Assembly (NCBI RefSeq): GCF_037042905.1
Contig: NC_087250.1
Coordinates: 24,182,001-24,246,000 of the forward strand
Length of the DNA: 64,000 nucleotides
Source: Lytechinus pictus
Lineage: Eukaryota
Direction: 5' to 3'
In this document: piece after piece, positions 1 through 14,062 of the stretch
Layout of the letters: every line of letters starts with the position of its first letter
Position numbering within the stretch: position 1 is the stretch's first letter
Made by a program: the position numbers and the translations under genes
Notes under the pieces: generated by a model
What the model was told of the DNA's origin: nothing
The model's database searches: none
Seen by the model: only the letters and a program-made list of their open reading frames with translations

Positions 1-3000
1 GGATTTTGAGAATTCTGTATCTAATGGCTCAAGCTAGTGCATTGATAATGAGAGCTTTTCACTCCTGTTTTAGTGTGTGTATTGAGAGGAATTCATCCTT
101 TGTCAATAATTTGGACCAATTAGTCTTCAGTTACCCAAAATTATATTATACATCTTTTATTTTTTGTTTAATATATTGCTGGAATATTTGGGCCAGAGAA
201 AATTGGTTTTAAGGATTTTTTTCCTGTACTGTTTCATAAAATATACTCCCTTTTCTACCATTTTATATTTCATTAGCATTGTACTATTTTTTTAACTGGT
301 ACATAATACGTTATCTGCCTTGCGTTGAGTAAAGGAATATGGTGTTCACAAGAACATGACAAATATCTCCTAAGAATATTCCCTTCAAAAAATAATTCAA
401 TTCCCTTTTCCTCCTTTTTGTCTCTATTCCTTTGTTTTTCTTCATTTCTCCTTTATAGCTAATTCTAGCCAAGCCCTTTTTCACCTTCATGCATAATGTA
501 TTCATATATTTCATTCATTCATTTTCATCAGGGTGAGAACTGGGGCTTTTAGTGTATTCATTATCTATTCACAATAACTAATATAGAAAAAAGCCAAAAA
601 CATCAAGCCAGTGTATTAGCCTATTTCACCAGTTGTTTCCTTTTCTCAAAGTTAGGCAGATACTTCTCAGACAAAAAATGGTAGTCTTATCATCAAAGAC
701 CTTAAAACAGGGTGTTCTTTTCTCTCATTCGTGTGTATAACCTATCCTTCCCTCTTGGAATGTGCTTATTCTTGATATATTTATCTTCTGCTTGTATAAT
801 GATATTGTCTATATCAACTGTTCATAGAGTTTTTACCTTGTATATATTAGTGTATAAAGGAAATCAATTTGTTAATCATATATCAGTTGTGCTAAGTTGT
901 GGACTTTCAAAGAGAGTAGTTCAAAATAAAGAGATCTTATCTTATTTGTGTTGCCAATCTTATATATGCAAGCATTTCTGATGGTTTTTCATGTTTAGAT
1001 GATGATAATCAAATTTGATATATCGGAACTTACCAGGGACATTATAGTTATCGAAATTGGGCAAGAGAAGCCAAGTCGCATTTCCTGTAGTAAATGGCAG
1101 TATTGATTGCCTGACATGTCTTCTTGCAGGATAAATGGTCAGGAAATCTGGCCCTGTCTTACAAAGAGTAGTGATTGATCCACTTGAGTTTAACTATGGA
1201 AAGCCAGCGACCCCAACATCTAGAATGCATATGCTTATTGCTTTTCTAAGTAGGATGAATTCTTATGCTAGATTAAATTTGTATGCATGTGTCTTGCTTC
1301 TCAGGCTATGAAGTAGAAATTTATTATGCCAAAGAAACCTAATTATCATCATATAATTATCCCTATTGCTCACGTAGAGTAACAATCTTGTTTCTTGCAG
1401 ACATCTATTATGCAGTGAAAATAGGTTTAAGGCAGTAGGCATTAAGACTCTTGCAATTCATGTTATCCTTTATATGTGTGTATGAAATGACTAGGTGGTT
1501 TTATCCCCCCTGATCTAATTTTGGCAAGGCAGCTCAACCTATCTAATGCCCTTGACCTGAAATTGTTTCATAATGCATGAATTAAGGAAAAATCTACATA
1601 AAGATACTGTATCTTTCCTTTAACTGTACTTTGTAATCAAGATGAAATATACCCAGTTGTATGACTTGACTCATAAGCATTAATCTGTGGGAAGCAATTT
1701 GAAGTAGTTTATAAATAATATTTCATAAATTACTAAGTAACGACAAAGATCAAATTTCCACATTCATCTGATCTGTGCTATTTGATCTTCTTCAAGTAGC
1801 TTGGTCTCTGTCCTATTGTAGACCATTGATTTATTCAATAAGAAGCCAGTGATAGTTAGGCACACTTACATGTGCATTGTAACCAAATAAATTTGTCATA
1901 AGCTCTCAATACATTTTAATTGTAAAGTATAAAATTGCCTAACTGTAGAGTTAATTTGTATTCTAACATATTGTTGAATTTATTATAATTGATAGGGGCA
2001 CAGTGTATAAAGTGTTACAATGTTAACTTTCTTATAATGGCAACTACCATGGTAACAGGGCACAACCTCCAATCAAAATGAAGGTTTCGATGGAAGTTTC
2101 AGTAATGGCAAAGTTAAAATAGTAGTAAGCCTTTATGAAATGGGGCCCAGAATTATATGAAAACCATTTGATATGCTTCTCTCTTATTAATTCTTGTTCT
2201 GTAGTTGGTTGAGGAGTATCTATTTCATGAATCTTTCTCTCTTTTTTTGCCTATTCTTTCGTCATCGGTGATGTAACCGGGAAATGCTGTTGATATATTC
2301 TGTTTTTGCCCAGTACCATTATGGTTTCTCATATTGGACATTGTATTTTCACACTGCAATAAAAGTTTCCAGTGTGTTTTAAGAATATATAACAATGTTT
2401 GAATGGTTTCCCTTTTGTTGTGTAAGGTACAACTAAGGTTTCTTTTTTGTGGTATTATAGTGTGAGAGTTTGGGCCCTCATCTTTCTGTATTGAATCTTT
2501 TTAATCTATTTTTTATTTTATCTATGATTTTTCGGGTCCCTTTTCTCTTCCCTGTTCACCATGTGGGACTATTTAAAAAAACAGAAGACTTGCTTTAAAA
2601 TGAACGCAATTTTGATGATAATAATAATACTACTAATAATAACAAAGCTCTCCCTCTTGGTTGAAAATATAGTTGAGCTTGAGTTTTGGAGTTGCGTCTG
2701 ATAACCATTTTTCCCCAGCAAGGGCCTCCAGTTCTCATCAAATATTTCTGGTGTATTAATCCATCAACCTTTCTTCTTTATCCTTGTGCATTACTATTGC
2801 TTTTTCTCATTGTTCAGTCGAATTTCAAGTAAATATATACAAAAACATAATATACAAATAGCGTATATACATAAGTGCGAACGTCCGAAAGTTTGTGTGA
2901 TGTGAAAGACACTAAAGTGACCCCACTATCAATACGGATTGAAGATCACAAGTCATGAGAAAAGAGATTCTCTACTCACAGGATGAAAAAAAAGGTTACT

Positions 3001-5626
3001 TGTCATAAGCGGGAATATGAAGAAGATGATCGTTATTCGGAAAGTTGTTTTATTGTTTGTTGTTTTCACGTAATCTGTTCCTTGCAGTTTATTCTTAGAT
3101 CATCATTGGTACTTATACAAAGACTTTGAGGATATATGGGAAAGATAATCATCACAAAATAACATGTGAATTAGAACAGCAACAAGGAGAAAATTTGTTG
3201 CTACATAACAACGGTATTTTTGCCATAATTATAACTAATTATGAAAAAGGTTCAAGCTTTCCTGTCTATTTTAATGTCTTATTCGTAACCATAGGGTTCT
3301 CGATCATATGAGAGCAGAAAATGACCAGATCCACACTTATTAAAGTGATATTAGGATGTGAGGGTTATAACTAAATGACAGAATGAAGCTTTTCAACACA
3401 CACCCCCACGTAGTTTGCTAAGGACTTCGTAATGGCAAAATTAATTTAGTTATCATTGACACACACACCCTTACACACAGACACACACACACAAAAGAGG
3501 TCAGTTGCCCGAAGTCATACGTGATATTGAGAGACATTAACCAGATAAATAGGGTAGTTTCTAAATAATGCAATGAGTAATTAGCAGTATGAGTTGTTTA
3601 TTCTTTAATTAAGCATGTTGATTAGTAGGAGAATATCAAAGAGCAAATTTATTTTGAAAATGCATGCTATATTTGAATGGTATATCAATACCACAAATAA
3701 TGAGCAGATCAGATAAATAAGATCCTGAAATCTTTGTTCTGTTTTAATGACGGTGGTTTTCTTGAAGATGAACAATCTTTCATCCTTATCATATCACGTT
3801 TTTGAAGATTATAGAATCAAACTACTTGACCGATGTCAATTACCTGCTATCATCTCTGAGTGATAGGATATGATGTGTAAATGCCAATATTCGATGAACG
3901 AGATCTCTACTTTTCTCTTCCTTTTCTTCTGTTCCCCCCCTTTTCCTCGCTTTTCTATTTTCTCCATTTACTTCCTTACACCTCCATGACTTCCATTTTC
4001 ATTGGTCTAGTTTCCTTCTTTCTTTTCACTCACCTACCACACATTCTTCTTTTTCTCCACGGAAGATTGCTCTAATCATCACTAATTAGCACGATGCGTT
4101 TTTATAAGTAATAATAGGAAGAAAAAAACATTGAGGGATTTTAATTTTTTCAGATTGTTATTTTTATATTGATTTCATTATTTTTTTAGCATAACATATC
4201 TATCGCGTTAAATTTCAATTTCGCAAAGTAACACAATCAAGAAGTTACCAAAAAAAAAAAAACAACAACAACAACAAACAAACAGATACGTGTAAGTGAG
4301 CCAGGACTTGCTTGTGTTTGAGGCTCTAAATGTCAATTACGAAATACAATAACAATATTTATGTTAAATTACGTTTATTTGTAGAAGCATTAGCATGAGA
4401 TAAAGGTCTACATAATAAAACTTAATTAAAAAAGCACATACACGCACACGCCCTCAATCACTTATTCAATGGCTTTTTTTTCGTTTAGAACAAAATATAT
4501 AATATACTTTGTATATTATTGCGAAATACAGTCGTGTATCTGTTCATTTTCAAAGCAGTTTCAGGCAATGTGTGAAATATTACAATTATGTTGTTTATGA
4601 TGGGATATGGCATATATTATTTTGTATCATACTTTTATTGAAAATCTGAATTATAGTAAAAGACCCTTGTCAATGTTTGGAATGAAAAAGAATAAATGCA
4701 ATGAAAAAAATGAATGCAAAAAAAATAAAAATAATAATAATACAAAGGCTTCCTATAACACACGTGTACTAGACCTATTGTTCTCTTTCTTCTATAATCG
4801 TCTATTTTGCTTTTATTTCCTTTCTCTTTTCATTTTTTTTTCAATCTTGTTCTCGTTATTACCTGCGCTTTTCCCTCTTCCTTGTTTCCATGAAATATTT
4901 TTCTGCTTTTTATCATGAATGCCACTCGGCAATCAAGCTTTCACCTTTCACCTCATGCTCATCATAATTTAAATAGTTTTTGTTTTTGTATTATTCAATT
5001 TTCCCTTTTTTCTTCACAGTATTCTCAATTTAATTTTCCTTCTATCCTTTCCTACAGTTCTTTGCATTTCTCTGATCTTAAGATAGCACAAGAGACAAAT
5101 AAGCAACACTAATTATCGTAGCATAATTAACATCATGTTGGTAATATGAGATTTTCTGAAATAAACTTTATTTCTCTTTAATCTATGGTTGCTTGCCCAG
5201 GAAAGATTTCTTTGTTTCTTTCATTTTCATTAGCTATATTCTAACCTAAGAGATCATTTCAATGACAAACAAATGAAGTTTAACGGACTTTCGTCATATT
5301 TGTTTAACATAGATGGCGCTAGTCATTCCCAATTTTCAATAGCTTCCAAGCACCCACACAAAAGAGGCCTTTATCTCAACAAAGTCACAAACAATGAAAA
5401 GATAAGATTGTTATGAAATAAATAATTTATATGGCCTCGATTATCTTGAAAATGAATATCTCTCATATACGTATCATATCATGTCTAGACTTTGACGAAT
5501 AAATGAAACCGCACTTGACCGATATCAATGCTGGTAATGTTGAAAAACACAGTTTCATTAAAGGTTGATGATGTCTCAAATAAAGTAAACACTCTAAAAA
5601 AGGTTTACCCAATATTGGGTAAATGG

Positions 5627-5906
5627 CATAGGCGGCGGAAGCGGGGGAGACGTGGGGGGGGGGGGGCATGTCCCCCCAAATTTGAGGTGAGGGTGATTCC
5701 CCTTAATTCTTTGTTGATAACTATTTTTTTTGCTTGTCAATTTTGTTTCCTGCGTCCCCTCTAAATTCAGATGGACCCCCCTAAAATTTTGATTGATAAC
5801 CTTTTTTTTCTTTTTTTTTCTTTGCTTGTCCAATTTTTTACCTGTGTCCATCCCCCAAAATTTCAGGTGGACCCCCACCTTAATTTTTTGGCTTCCGCCG
5901 CCAATG
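5627..5906. mobile_element. hAT-like MITE
   Basis: TIRs CATAGGCGGCGGAAGC / GCTTCCGCCGCCAATG; 8-bp TSD GTAAATGG on both sides. Confidence 0.85.
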
Positions 5907-6059
5907 GTAAATGGAAACACGCATGTTGGTAGGGTAAACAGATACCGAATATTTTGAAAATTTTACGCGATGTTGCGTTGAGCTAGCCTAATATGGGGTA
6001 AAAATGCAGCAAACATGCATGTTCCCCATTTACATAATTATAGTATATATTTTTTAAAA

Positions 6060-7460
6060 ATTGAATGTGAATTTATTAACAACAACAACAACAACATAAT
6101 ACAAATTTACACCTAATTCATGACATTGTGCAAACACACATACCAAGCATATTCAAACATGATTAACAAAGTACATTCTGTAAAAAATTTCAATAACAAA
6201 TTAATAATTCCTTATCATCTCAACTGTACATGTATGTATCATACATTGAACAGTGATTTTTTTAACAATGAACACAAAAACAATGGACTAAATTCAAATC
6301 AACTAATGTCAATATTGGTAAGATATTGAAATAAATTGTATTATTAACAGTAGACAAAAAGGGGGAAAACAATTGTTGTTAAAAGGAAAACCAACAGTTA
6401 GCACGAGTGCTAGTCGAGATTGGTTCTTCAAGATTCTTTAACTGTATTCTGAATCCAAAGTCAAAGTCAAAGTCTTTGGGTTCACAATATTATAAACGTA
6501 AGAAGAAAAAGAAATCAGGACTTAATATGATGTCATTTAATCTTAATGATTAATCACAACTCAAGAGTCTAATTCTTAGATTTTTGCGAACGATGCTCTT
6601 GTTGTTTCTTCCCTTATATTTTTGGGTAAATTATTCTATAACCTTGCACCAATGAAAGATTTTTTAAAAGTACCATGTTTCGTATTATATTTGGGTAATC
6701 GTAGCATTAAATGCTCTCTCCGTCTTGTACTATACTTATGGTTCATTGACTTAAAACAATCCATTAACGAGTGTGGTAAATGCATGTCCCTTTTTAAGGT
6801 CGTATACAAAATGTTGAAACTGAATGCTCAAGCAACTTATGAACGTCTAACACATGTAAACGTAGTAGTCTGGAGCTTGTTCGAATTGGTTAAAATGTTA
6901 TTACACGCAAGGCGGCATGGCCATATTTTATATGCCAGTAGTATGCAGTTTAAATTAGTTTTATAGCAACTTCGCAAGACTTCTATTCCATACAGTATGT
7001 GTGGCTGGATAAAGAATTAATACCAGCGCATGATAATGTGAGTCTTAGGTACACAGTGTCCCAACTTACACAGTAACCCAATTTTCCTTTGTATACATTT
7101 ATGAACTTTTTGAATGTACTCCTTCTACATAAAATTTTCATCAATTTGGATTCCTACAAAAGATGCTACACTGACTCTGCCTATAACTATGTTACTGATT
7201 TCTAGTACACCCTTAATTTCACATGATTGTCTTGGCCCCTTTATGATTATATATCTTTTCATTAAATTTATTGTAAACTTGTTAACAAAACACCAATTCT
7301 GTCTCTTTCTCTTCGTCTTTTTATCAAAAGTCTGAAAGATATAGTGTCATTAGCGAATAATCTGATTTAAAATAAGTTGTGGCAGATGGTAGATCATTGA
7401 TATACAACAGAAATAACGTGGGCCCAAGGACTGAACCTTGAGGAACACCATATGTTATCA
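6060..7460 (-). mobile_element. Old L2/CR1 LINE 3' half
   Basis: Minus strand reads [11 protein letters not shown] (~7421-7453), LFANDT (~7345-7362) and FIQPHILYGIEV (~6980-7015), with many stops; AATAAA near 6073-6078. Confidence 0.75.
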
Positions 7461-7519
7461 TTCTCTGCCTAGATAGTATTTCCTTGTGGCATTTTGCGGC
7501 ACAAATTCGCGGAGTAAAT

Positions 7520-7865
7520 GTAGGCGGAGCATTCGTGAGCGAAACAAATATCCGCGACGTACAATCGGAGCAGTTGTAGGTGGAGCAAATATCGGCGGAG
7601 CAGAAACTTTGTCGCGTACAATCGGAGCAGGTGTTGGCAGATCAAATCTCCTCGGCGGAACAATAATGTAGAAGTAGCATATATCGGTGGAGCAAATGTT
7701 GACGTAGCAAATATGGGTGGAGCAAATGTCGGCGGAGCAATTGTCCAGAGCAATTATCGGCGATACAGTTGTCACATTTTGCGTAGCAATTATCGGCGGA
7801 GCAGTTGTCGCAAAATGCGTAGCAATTGTCGACGGAGCAGATGTTGGCGGAGCAATTATCCTGGA
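7520..7865. repeat. ~15-bp minisatellite (GGCGGAGCAAATGTC-like)
   Basis: Visible tandem GGAGCA(A/G)/GTAGCA units; they produce the spurious APPI/GGA-repeat ORFs. Confidence 0.85.
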
Positions 7866-7900
7866 ACCATTCTTGATGAGGTTCAGGTTTGAAGAACAAA

Positions 7901-8100
7901 CCGGACATGATAACTCAGTGCTAGAGTATCCGCCCCATGAACGGCAGGTCGTTCGATCCCCAACCGAGTCATACAAGAACACTTATAGAAATGGGACTTT
8001 CTGCCTCTTGCTTAATGCTCAACATTTCGATTGAAGAAAGGTAGTAATAACATGCATGTGTAATTATGCAGGGCCCGCTGCAGTTACTTTACCCATGGAT
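7901..8100 (+). mobile_element. tRNA-derived SINE, diverged copy of the 59226-59463 family
   Basis: CCGGACATG..CTCAGTG.TAGAG...GTTCGATCCCC..CCGAGTCATAC...ATGCAGGGCCCGCTG. Confidence 0.7.
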
Positions 8101-9123
8101 CTATAAAGAGATGGACGATGAACGCGAGCATCTCTTTGATCCCATGATAGTCACCGTCAACGGTTATGTGCATCTTAATAGGAACATACATGTGTTACAA
8201 TAGCAATTAACATGACTACAAAGACGTATGTGATCAGTTTGCCTGGTGTAAGTTTTGTTTGCTGATACCCTGTTTCAGCATGTGCCATTCAATCAACATG
8301 CTTTAAGGTTCTCAAGTTTGCTGCTCCAAAGATTTCTGTGACATAAAATATGATATTTTTCGATCCGGACACTTTCGGACGCAAGTAAGGACCTCCATAA
8401 CATTGATAGATACACGATCTATACACGTCATGTGACATCTGGAATATTATGGAGAAACTTGGAAAAATTGGATTTTAATTGGTTAACAATGACAAATTTG
8501 TCTCTATATTAAAATATGCAGACATTTCCCCTAATGAGACACATGGAACTAAGACTACCAAAGGAAAATAAGAACTGCACATAGATTTTCCATGATTATT
8601 ATGCGATTTTTTATTTAACTGCGTGTCTGTGAACAAGTTCCGATCACGAACTGCCTCAGGCCATTTTCACGGTAACGATAAAAAGAGAATGTTATTCAGA
8701 TGACAATAACAGTCACATGTTAGGGAATTCCTTATATAAGCGACGAATGTCAATCTCTTCATAGGTCCATTCTTTACCGAATTGGCTCTCCTGGGTATAT
8801 AGCATTTTATTATTATTATAATTATTATTAAACGCACTGTTCACAAATGTACGTTCCCACATTGGCCTAGCCTTAATACTATAGTAGTATAATTTATGAA
8901 TACAGCATGAATAGGATAAATAAGAACACTATCGATCCTCGATAATAGAGGTTATAAAATCCTAGATTACACAAAATCTGAAGAAATCAATGTGCATTTG
9001 AATTTCAAATAGATTAAAATTTTGGTTTTCCCTTTGTAATGAAATGATCGAACCTCAATTCCAGGTTACTACCAGATCAACCGCTTATTTGGTAATGCTT
9101 TTTAAAAAAATATTTGTTAACGT

Positions 9124-9328
9124 CACTAGCGTACCTACGGGGGGGGGGCACTCTGCCCCCTGACGAGCCACAACCAATACAAAAGACATATACCTGCCCC
9201 CCTGACGAGCTTATTGAAGACCTTTTTTTTTTGGCTTGTCAAATTTTTTTCTGGTACGAAAACCTTTATTTTTTATTTTTTGGCCGCCAATTTTGCCCCC
9301 CCTGTGGAAAAACCTAGGTACGCCACTG
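9124..9328. mobile_element. hAT-like MITE
   Basis: TIRs CACTAGCGTACCTA / TAGGTACGCCACTG; 8-bp TSD GTTAACGT. Confidence 0.85.
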
Positions 9329-9767
9329 GTTAACGTCGATTTAATTTTCTCCAACCGAGGCTTCTTAGGGTTAGGGTCATCTTGATGACGGTTTTCCTCA
9401 CCGTTATTGTCGGATGTATTACGTTCTAAAAAAATAAGAAAGTGAGAGCAGATAAACTTCAAAGTCATAAACATTAAACAATAAAATACAAACAGGTAGG
9501 AAAACATTTCTGGTGCCGATAACAAATCAACGAAATGTTTCACACTTTTCATCTGCCTATGTGTACTCATTCTGTTAAATGAGTGAGACCTGGAGCGTTT
9601 CTGTGTGAGTTCAGAACGTGTTTTCTCGTAAGAATTAAATTCTCTTTAAATTCATCTACTGCAGTTTTTATTGGTTTTATACTTCTTTTCTTAGTGACAA
9701 TTGATATTACTGAGAAATGCTTCCATGAAAATGCGTTTCACAACTTTCTATGACCATCTCATTGTAA

Positions 9768-10187
9768 AGACCACCGCACACCTTACGACTGTTCGCGATC
9801 CGATTTTGGAACAAATCGCATTTTGCTCATTTTCTGAAAATGTGAATGGAACATATCATTTTATTTGAGGTTAAAATTAATTGAAATAATACTAATATAA
9901 CCATTTTGAAAGATCGCAAGCATTTATTTTGGAGTAAAGGCCAAATTTAGTTTCAAATCGTAGCCAATCGTACGACTGCTATGACGTCATTACGACTAGA
10001 TATTAAATTCGCTTTTATTCTAAGAAGGATGATAGCACAGTCAAAGATTTGATCACAGGCATTCATACGATGATTTAGAACATTACACAGTAAGATATTC
10101 TAAGTCTCATTATTACCATCAAATTCTACTACATTTTATTCTGAATTTAAATCGGGTCGCAGACCAATCGTAAGGTGTGCGGTCGCC
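9768..10187. mobile_element. TIR MITE (Kolobok-like)
   Basis: ACCGCACACCTTACGA / TCGTAAGGTGTGCGGT inverted ends; TTAA on the right flank. Confidence 0.7.
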
Positions 10188-10241
10188 TTAATGCTTAGAA
10201 TTCATAACAGCTGCATAAATACCATGATACTATTAAACTAT

Positions 10242-13200
10242 ATTCAATTCAATTCAAATAAACATTTATTTTCTTTGATTTCACATATTTCTATGTTTTT
10301 CGTAAACACAAATTCATATAAAATCAGTTTGTCATGAAAAATATCAATATGTAAATGTTAGGTTTAAAAAAGAAGGCGTATACCCTAAAAGCAAAGGCTT
10401 GTGGCGAGATTCGCCTATAGACATAAATCAAATACAGTAAACAATACAAAGAAACAAGTGGAATGCCTCTGGCCGTCTCACCTGCATCACGCGATTCAAT
10501 ATAGCAGCAGTGCTGATTTTGAAAACTACTATAACTCGCACAAGATGTTCAGTGATACTTGGTTACTCTTATTTCCACGTTTTATGAACTAGACCCATAC
10601 ACTTATAGAGATAGGATGGTAATTCAACAAATACCCCCAACGTGGCCAAAGTTCATTGACCTTACATGACCTTTGACCTTGATCATGTGACCTGAAACTC
10701 ACACAGGATGTTCGGTGATACTTGATTACTCTTATGTCCAAGTTTCAAGAGTAAGATCCAACAACTTTCCAAGTTATAATGGTAATTAAACAGATACCCC
10801 CATTATGGCCAAAGTTCATTAACCTTTGACCTTGGTCATGTGACCTAAAATACGCACAAACTGTTCAGTGATACTTGATTACTCTTATGTCCAAGTTTTA
10901 TGAACTAGACCAACACACTTTCAAAGTTATGGCGGTAATTCAACAAATACCCCAATTCGGCCAAAGTTCATTGACCCTAAATGACCTTTGACCTTGGTCA
11001 TGTGACGTGAAACTCATGCAGGATGTTCAGTAATACTTGATTACTATTATGTCCAAGTCATGAATCAGATCCATAAACTTTTAAAGTTATGATGGTAATT
11101 CAACAGATACACCCAATTCGGCCAAAGTTCATTGACCCTAAATGACCTTTGACCTTGGTCATGTGACGTGAAACTCATGCAGGATGTTCAGTGATACTTG
11201 ATTGACCTTATGTATAAGTTTTATGAACTAGGTCCATATATTTTCTAAGTTATGATGACATTTCAAAAACTTAACCTTAGGTTAAGATTTTGATGTTGAT
11301 TCCCCCAACATGGTCTAAGTTCATTGACCCTAAATGACCATTGACCATGGTCATGTGACATGAAACTCAGGCAGGATGTTCAGTAATACTTGATTAACCT
11401 TATGGCCAAGTTTCATGAACTAGGACCATATACTTTCTAAGTTATGCTGTCATTTCAAAAACTTAACCTCAGGTTAAGATTTGGTGTTGACGCCGCCGCC
11501 GCCGCCGCCGTCGGAAAAGCGGCGCCTATAGTCTCACTCTGCTATGCAGGTGAGACAAAAAGTAGGGGACCCAGAAGGGACCCTTGAGGGACTCCACATG
11601 ATACAGCTTGATGTCTTGAGTCGATTCCATTCAATGATACATACTGCTTCCTATCAGTCAAGTAGCTTTTGAACCAGCTAAGGGCGATGCCCCTGACTCC
11701 ATAATGAGACAGCTTTCTGTATTTCATGGTCAACTGTATCAAAAGCTTTCTAGAAATCCAAATATATACCTATTGTATGATGGTGGTCATCTAATGCTTG
11801 AGCTATTTTATCTACAAAATGTAAAATAGCATGTGTAGTGGTGTTTTTTCACGAAAGCCAAACTGGAATTTCGAAAATATTTTAGTCTTGTTTAAAAATG
11901 TTACTGTTCTTTTATATATCCGTGTTTCTAAGATTTTCGAAAAAGATGTCAGCAACGAGATAGGTCTATAATTATTTAAAGTTTGAGTATCACCCTTTTT
12001 AAAAATTGGCACAACTTTCGCAATTTTCATTCGTTCTGGTACAATACCAGAAGAGAAAGATAAATTGAAAACATGAACAAGCGGTTTTACAATTTCATGT
12101 ACGACATCTTTAATTAACTCATTTTTAACGCCATCAAAACCGGGGCTCTTATTATTTTTAAGCGAATTCACAAGATTTATAACTTCTGTTTCATTTGTCG
12201 GTGTCAAAAAAGTGTGTCGCTATACGGTTCATGTAAGAAATCAAGAAAACTTTTCTGACACTTGGGTAGAGTATCCTGAAGTTTCAACCCAACACCACAA
12301 AATAGTCATTAAACTTATCCACAATAACATTTCTATTTTCCACAGGATGACCATTCACATAAATACAGTTAATATTTGTAGTTTTTGATGGAGATTTAAA
12401 GAAGCTTCTTATAACTTTCCATGTACTTTTTATATTATTAAATGACATTTGAAATTGAGCAGAAAAATATTGTTTCTTTGCAGCACGTAATACAGAAGTT
12501 AGAATATTTTTATAATTTGAATACTTTATTTTCATAACTTCGATACTCCTCCTTTTATACTGATAATAAAGCTTGTTTTTCTTAGTTATTGACTTTAATA
12601 TAGTTTTACTTATCCATGGTATTCTAGGCACTTTATCATAATCTCTCTTTTTAAGTCCAACTAGAGGAACATTTTCATCATACAACAACATGAATTTTTG
12701 AAAGAAATTATCAAAAGCGTTTTCAGCATCTTGATTTGACAGTAAACTATTCCAATCAGTTGCCGTTAAAGCTACTCTAAATTTAGCAATATTTGCACGA
12801 GTATGCTTGCGGATTGATTTGCTGTCAATATGCTCACAATTAAATTTTCCCAGTGTTAACCTACAAAACACAGGAAAATGATCAGATATATCAGATACTA
12901 TAATTCCGGAGGGGGGATTTGGTAGTACATTACAGAATATATTGTCAATTAAAGTACTTGAGACATCAGTTATTCTTGTTGGCTTAGTAATAAGGGGCAA
13001 TAAGGAGAAAGACAGCAAATTTAGAAAAACATCAATTTGATTATCTTCATTACAATGTAATAAATTTAAGTTATAATCTCCCATAAGATACAGTGTCTTT
13101 CCTACCAAAATTGGATTTTCTAGGACTGACTGGAATTCATTTATAAAATCATTGAAGTTACAATTTGGAGGCCGGTACACAACTCCTATGACAGGATTCT

Positions 13201-14062
13201 TTTGACCAGGATTGTCAATCTCAACAAAAATAGCCTCCAAGTGGTCTGACATCTTATCAAGGTCAGGACGTGCCTGATACTTTACTTGAGAAGGGATGTA
13301 CAATGCAACACCTCCACCACGTCTACTTAACCTATTATTACTCACAAGATTAAACCCAGAAATAGAAAAAAGATTCCTGTCAGCTTCACTCCTAAACCAT
13401 GTTTCTGTGACACCAAGTGTTACAAATCCTGGACTAGCATGACCCATAAATCTCAACATTTTATCAAAATTCCTATAAATACTACGCATATTTAAGTGGA
13501 GAAGAGTTAAACCATTGCTCTGTTTAGAAACCGTGTCAAAAAACTGACCTTCCGTATGATAATTGCAATTTACATGAGGAACATCATAATTGTCACAAAA
13601 ATTGTCAAGCTCAACAAAAATAGCCTCCAAGTGGTCTGACATCTTATCAAGGTCAGGACGTGCCTGATACTTTACTTGAGAAGGGATGTACAATGCAACA
13701 CCTCCACCACGTCTACTTAACCTATTATTACTCATAAGATTAAACCCAGAAATAGAAAAAAGATTCCTGTCAGCTTCACTCGTAAACCATGTTTCTGTGA
13801 CACCAAGTGTTACAAGTCCTGGACTAGCTTGATCCATAAATCTCAACATTTTATCAAAATTCCTACAAATACTACGCATATTTAAGTGGAGAAGAGTTAA
13901 GCCATTGCTCTGTTTAGAAACCGTGTCAAAAAACTGATCTTCCGTATGATAATTGCAATTTACATGAGGAACATCATAATTGTCACAAAAATTACTCATA
14001 TTATCCTCATAAAATGTACAAATTTCATCATCCATTTGGGCCATAGAGATACAGAATGACAA
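10242..14062 (-). mobile_element. L2/CR1-clade LINE: ORF2 (APE endonuclease + partial RT) with frameshifts, interrupted by a HINE; 3' tail at ~10242-10450
   Basis: ORF 12284-14062 has HLNMRS, GVTETW, GGGVALY, MGDYN, IDNIF and SDHFP. 11812-12207 has KSPGFDG and NYRPISLL. 11561-11742 has GVPQGSLLGPLLF. Minus-strand AATAAA + (TGAAT)3 tail at 10242-10270. Confidence 0.92.
10452..11560 (-). mobile_element. Non-autonomous Helentron-associated (HINE/DINE-1-like) element, copy 1, ~6 internal tandem units
   Basis: Subterminal inverted repeat GTCTCACCTGCAT/ATGCAGGTGAGAC, terminal hairpin GTCTCAC..GTGAGAC, (GCC)n microsatellite, ~155-195 bp core repeats, T-rich flanks and no TSD. Confidence 0.75.

Noticed and set aside
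300..2400. Very old LINE remnant and/or 3'UTR of an upstream gene (AATAAA at 2358)
   Set aside because: Only faint RT-like traces and a common hexamer are present, which is not enough to call.
7458..8034. Overlapping ORFs of 61-174 aa
   Set aside because: They are artefacts of a stop-poor 15-bp minisatellite plus a SINE.
10540..11460. CRISPR-like or standalone satellite array
   Set aside because: The units are contiguous ~160-190 bp repeats with no unique spacers, inside a mobile element in eukaryotic DNA.
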